Source of the DNA: Fibrobacteria bacterium
GTDB taxonomy: Bacteria; Fibrobacterota; Fibrobacteria; UBA11236
Reading direction: 5' to 3'
Assembly: GCA_050486505.1 (NCBI GenBank)
Contig: JBJHDK010000011.1
Coordinates: 1 to 49,188, forward strand
Length of the DNA stretch: 49,188 bases
This document shows, piece by piece, positions 46,439 through 49,188 of this stretch; the first letter of the stretch is position 1, and every line of letters begins with the position of its first letter. The notes beneath the pieces are model-generated. The model searched no databases, was not told the DNA's origin, and saw nothing but the letters and a program-made list of their open reading frames with translations. The position numbers and the translations under genes were made by a program.

Positions 46439-47634
46439 GTCGAGGGTGTTCCCTGCGGGCCGTTCCGTGTTCGGGATCCCTGCGACCGGGCAGGCTTCTC
46501 TTCGCCCTCCTCACGCTCTGTGCTGTTCTCCCCGCCCACGCCCACGAATCCTCCTTCTCCTTCCGCGGGTATGCGACGACCTTGCAAGGCGCAACGGTGG
46601 GGGCGTCCGACACGGTGTCGGCGGTGCTGTCGAGCCAGCAGCGGGTCAACCTGCTGTGGCATCCCGCTGATCCGGTGCGCGTGGTGGTGGAGACGCGCGG
46701 GCGGCTGTTCTTGGGCGAAGGCGCGCGCCCCGCGGATCCTTTGGCGACGGCACTCGCGCGCGATCCGGGTGTGGTGGACCTGTCCTGGAATCCCGTGACC
46801 GCCGAGGGCGCGGTGTGGAATGTGATGATCGACCGCGCCTATGTGGAGTACGGCGCCCGCGACTGGGATTTCCGCGCGGGGCGGCAGCGCATCCATTGGG
46901 GCATGGATCTGTACTGGAACCCCGGCGATTTGTTCAACACTCGCGACGTGCTCGACTTCGACTATGAGGAAAGTCCCGGTGCCGACGCGGCGCGCTTTCG
47001 TTGGTTCGCGGGCGGCGAGTTTTGGCGTGGCGCGGAAGCGGCGGTGGCGTCCGATCGCGAGGGACGCATCACGGCCGCGGGGCGCGCGCTGTTCAACGCG
47101 CGGGAATACGATGTGCAGGTGATCGCGGGTTCGTGGCGCGACGAGCCGGTGGGAGCCGTGGGCTTCGCGGGCAATCTCGGCCGCGCGGGCTGGAAGGGTG
47201 AGGCGGCGTGGTTCACGGGTGCGGGGGTGGAGCGCGACCCGGCGGTGAATGCCTCGACCTCGCTGGATTACATCCTGTCCGGGCGGCTGGAGGGCCTGTA
47301 TCTCGGTGGCTCGTTGTTCTACGGCAGCGATGCTTCGGGCGCGCTGAATGCGGCGGATCCCGCGGCGGCCTTGCCAACGGCCCGTCGTCCCTTTCCGGCG
47401 CGAGTTGCGACGCAGTTTACGGCCTCGCGCCCGCTGACTCCGGCATGGAGCTGGTCGGCGGCGCTGTTGTGGTTGCCCGAGGACGAGACTGTGCTGGCGA
47501 CTCCCATGTTGAATTACGCCGCGGCGCAGGCGGTGGACCTGCAGTTGTTGGTACGGGCACAGGCGTCCTGGCAGAAAGGCGATCTGCAGCGCGACCTCGC
47601 GGCGGCCTGGGTGCGCGCGCGGTATTCGTTTTAG
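46435..47634 (+). CDS. Hypothetical outer-membrane beta-barrel protein
   Basis: Signal peptide 'AHA-H', 'DRAY', 'GRQRI.WG....WNP.D.FN....DFDYEE.PG.DA', C-terminal 'YSF'. Confidence 0.8.
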   Translation: MSRGCSLRAVPCSGSLRPGRLLFALLTLCAVLPAHAHESSFSFRGYATTLQGATVGASDTVSAVLSSQQRVNLLWHPADPVRVVVETRGRLFLGEGARPADPLATALARDPGVVDLSWNPVTAEGAVWNVMIDRAYVEYGARDWDFRAGRQRIHWGMDLYWNPGDLFNTRDVLDFDYEESPGADAARFRWFAGGEFWRGAEAAVASDREGRITAAGRALFNAREYDVQVIAGSWRDEPVGAVGFAGNLGRAGWKGEAAWFTGAGVERDPAVNASTSLDYILSGRLEGLYLGGSLFYGSDASGALNAADPAAALPTARRPFPARVATQFTASRPLTPAWSWSAALLWLPEDETVLATPMLNYAAAQAVDLQLLVRAQASWQKGDLQRDLAAAWVRARYSF

Positions 47635-47710
47635 CCTTCCTGACTGTTCGAATTTTACGAACGCTTTTTCGGGGGGACTCCCGGTATCTTCCCCCTGCCG
47701 GGGGTAGATT

Positions 47711-47745
47711 ATGAATTAAGAATTACGAATTAAGAATTAAGAATT
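47711..47745. repeat. Heptamer array (GAATTAA)n
   Basis: atgaattaagaattacgaattaagaattaagaatt. Confidence 0.8.
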
Positions 47746-47783
47746 CCGAACTGCGTCCCATGAGGTCGCGCTGCGAGCGAACG

Positions 47784-49188
47784 ATGGCGAATGGAATTGG
47801 GAATAAAGAAGTGGGATTCGCGGTTGGAGCGGCGATGTGTCTGGCTGTGGCGGGTACGGTTAATGCCCAGGGCGCGAACTGCCAGGCATTCCTGACGCCC
47901 GCGCAGGTGACAGAGAACGCTGGATTTTCGCCGCATGTGTGTGCCTTCGACTCGGTGCGCAATGCCGCAGCGAACACGAACATTCGTCATGTGCTGCTGT
48001 ATGACTGGACGACAGGCGGGCACAACCGGGGCCACACCCAGCGGCATATGCTGCGGCTTGCTCGGGATTATGGGTTCCGGCTGGACCGGAGTCAATCCGG
48101 GACTTACATCACGGCTTCAACGCTGCAAGGCGTGGATATCGTGGTGATCAACAACAGTGATGGCGATGCCTTCCATAATTCGACTTCCCTGCAAGCCATG
48201 CGCAACTTCATTGAGATACAGGGCAAGTCGATGTTTCTGGTTCACGCCGCCGCTTCGTTCAATCCCTGTCCGGGTGAGGATCTTGAGGATCCCGGATGCG
48301 TTTGGGTCATGCGGGCGTTGAGATCGCAGTTTTGGCGGCACATGAATCACTCGAGCAATGCGAGGGTCACGATCTTTGCCGATTCCGTGTTGGCCGGCGA
48401 GGTTCCGCCCAATGTTCTGGGGGCCTCCCTTGTTCCTGCGGACATGAACCACGGAAGAAAAAATCAGGAAACCCGCCGTATTTTTGAGCACCTCCCTTTG
48501 AACGGTCCTTCCGGCCCGCTTGCAGACAGGCCTTATATCTGGGAGGGTTTGTGGGACGAATGGTATGCCTATCGCAATGACCCGCGTTTGGAAGGAATGC
48601 GGGTCATGGAAGGTGTTACTTACAGTCCGATCAATATTTTGCTGAGTCTGGATGAAACCTCGGGTCCGGGGTGGTCTTGTTGTTCCGCGAGCGGTCCTCT
48701 GGGTAATGCTCCCGTTTCCTGGACCCGCAAGATGGGAATGGGGTTGGCCGCTTACAACAACGCCGGCCACGGTGACGTCTATGTCCGGACGCGCCTGGTC
48801 AACAGCGTCGTTGTCAACGACAGCCTGATGGAGAGATACAACTGGCGGTTGATGAAGTATCTCGCCCGCGATTTCGTGGGGTGCATGGCGCCGGGTGATG
48901 CGAACTATAACCCGCAAGCGACTGTGGTGTCCCTGACCTTGATCGATAATCAATGCCCCTGCGCCGTCGCGGCGAATTGCTCCGTCACCTCGGTTCAACA
49001 AGGAACCCTGTCCAGACTCACACCGCGCGTGGGGATCGAGTGGCATGCGGGGGGACTCCGTGTGAGCCTTGCAGATCCGGGGCGGCATCGAATTCGTGTG
49101 CTGGATGCCCTGGGCCGCGAGGTATTCTCCACCGCCGCGCAGGGCGGGGGAGGTGCTGTCACGGTCCCCGGCCTGCGGCGGGGGGTAC
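47784..49188 (+). CDS. Secreted ThuA-like (class I glutamine amidotransferase fold) protein with a C-terminal sorting-like domain, 3' truncated
   Basis: Frame is open to the window end (absent from the ORF track): signal 'AVAGTVNA-Q', 'L..VDIVVINN', 'VHAA', 'DEWY.Y', 'LL.LDE', 'PVSW', 'Y.N.GH', 'GCM.P...NYNP.AT', 'RVLDALGREV'. Confidence 0.75.
   Translation, partial: MANGIGNKEVGFAVGAAMCLAVAGTVNAQGANCQAFLTPAQVTENAGFSPHVCAFDSVRNAAANTNIRHVLLYDWTTGGHNRGHTQRHMLRLARDYGFRLDRSQSGTYITASTLQGVDIVVINNSDGDAFHNSTSLQAMRNFIEIQGKSMFLVHAAASFNPCPGEDLEDPGCVWVMRALRSQFWRHMNHSSNARVTIFADSVLAGEVPPNVLGASLVPADMNHGRKNQETRRIFEHLPLNGPSGPLADRPYIWEGLWDEWYAYRNDPRLEGMRVMEGVTYSPINILLSLDETSGPGWSCCSASGPLGNAPVSWTRKMGMGLAAYNNAGHGDVYVRTRLVNSVVVNDSLMERYNWRLMKYLARDFVGCMAPGDANYNPQATVVSLTLIDNQCPCAVAANCSVTSVQQGTLSRLTPRVGIEWHAGGLRVSLADPGRHRIRVLDALGREVFSTAAQGGGGAVTVPGLRRGV

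Noticed and set aside
48117..49088. 323-aa minus-strand ORF
   Set aside because: Antisense to the open plus-strand ThuA-like gene, which has a signal peptide and recognisable motifs

Overview
High-GC core-genome region of a diderm bacterium. It is probably an FCB-group organism, most likely Fibrobacterota; this is an inference from the C-terminal sorting-like domains and the envelope genes, as no rRNA is present. From left to right it contains: kdpD (partial) and kdpE, a tandem-XRE gene, ppk2, tRNA-Ala(GGC), an LTA-synthase/sulfatase, thioredoxin, tRNA-fMet, an azurin-like lipoprotein and an unusual three-domain copper nitrite reductase (nirK), birA, a NUDIX gene, a frameshifted TraF/PorV-like barrel with a partner lipoprotein, a YkgJ-like gene, pyrF, pgl, a DsbA-like gene, a DEAD-box helicase, DAHP synthase, a secreted metalloprotease, a two-component system, lnt, rsmI, nadD, bamD, cpoB, lptF/G, tadA, SRP RNA, prmA, a polyprenyl synthase, acs, a DUF3078-like gene, hisE/hisG, an M64 peptidase, an NRAMP-like transporter, a LolA-like/ABC/outer-membrane operon and a partial ThuA-like secreted protein. 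No CRISPR array, integrase or transposase is visible. The most notable observations are: (1) a membrane-anchored Ser/Gln-type NirK with an N-terminal CxxC, paired with azurin; (2) a promoter-to-terminator unit with no ORF, a candidate sRNA, at about 16300-16430; (3) intergenic 7-8-mer tandem-repeat cassettes with facing arms that appear to donate promoters, start codons and a signal peptide to host genes; (4) pervasive leaderless-gene architecture; and (5) nested and in-gene palindromic repeats.
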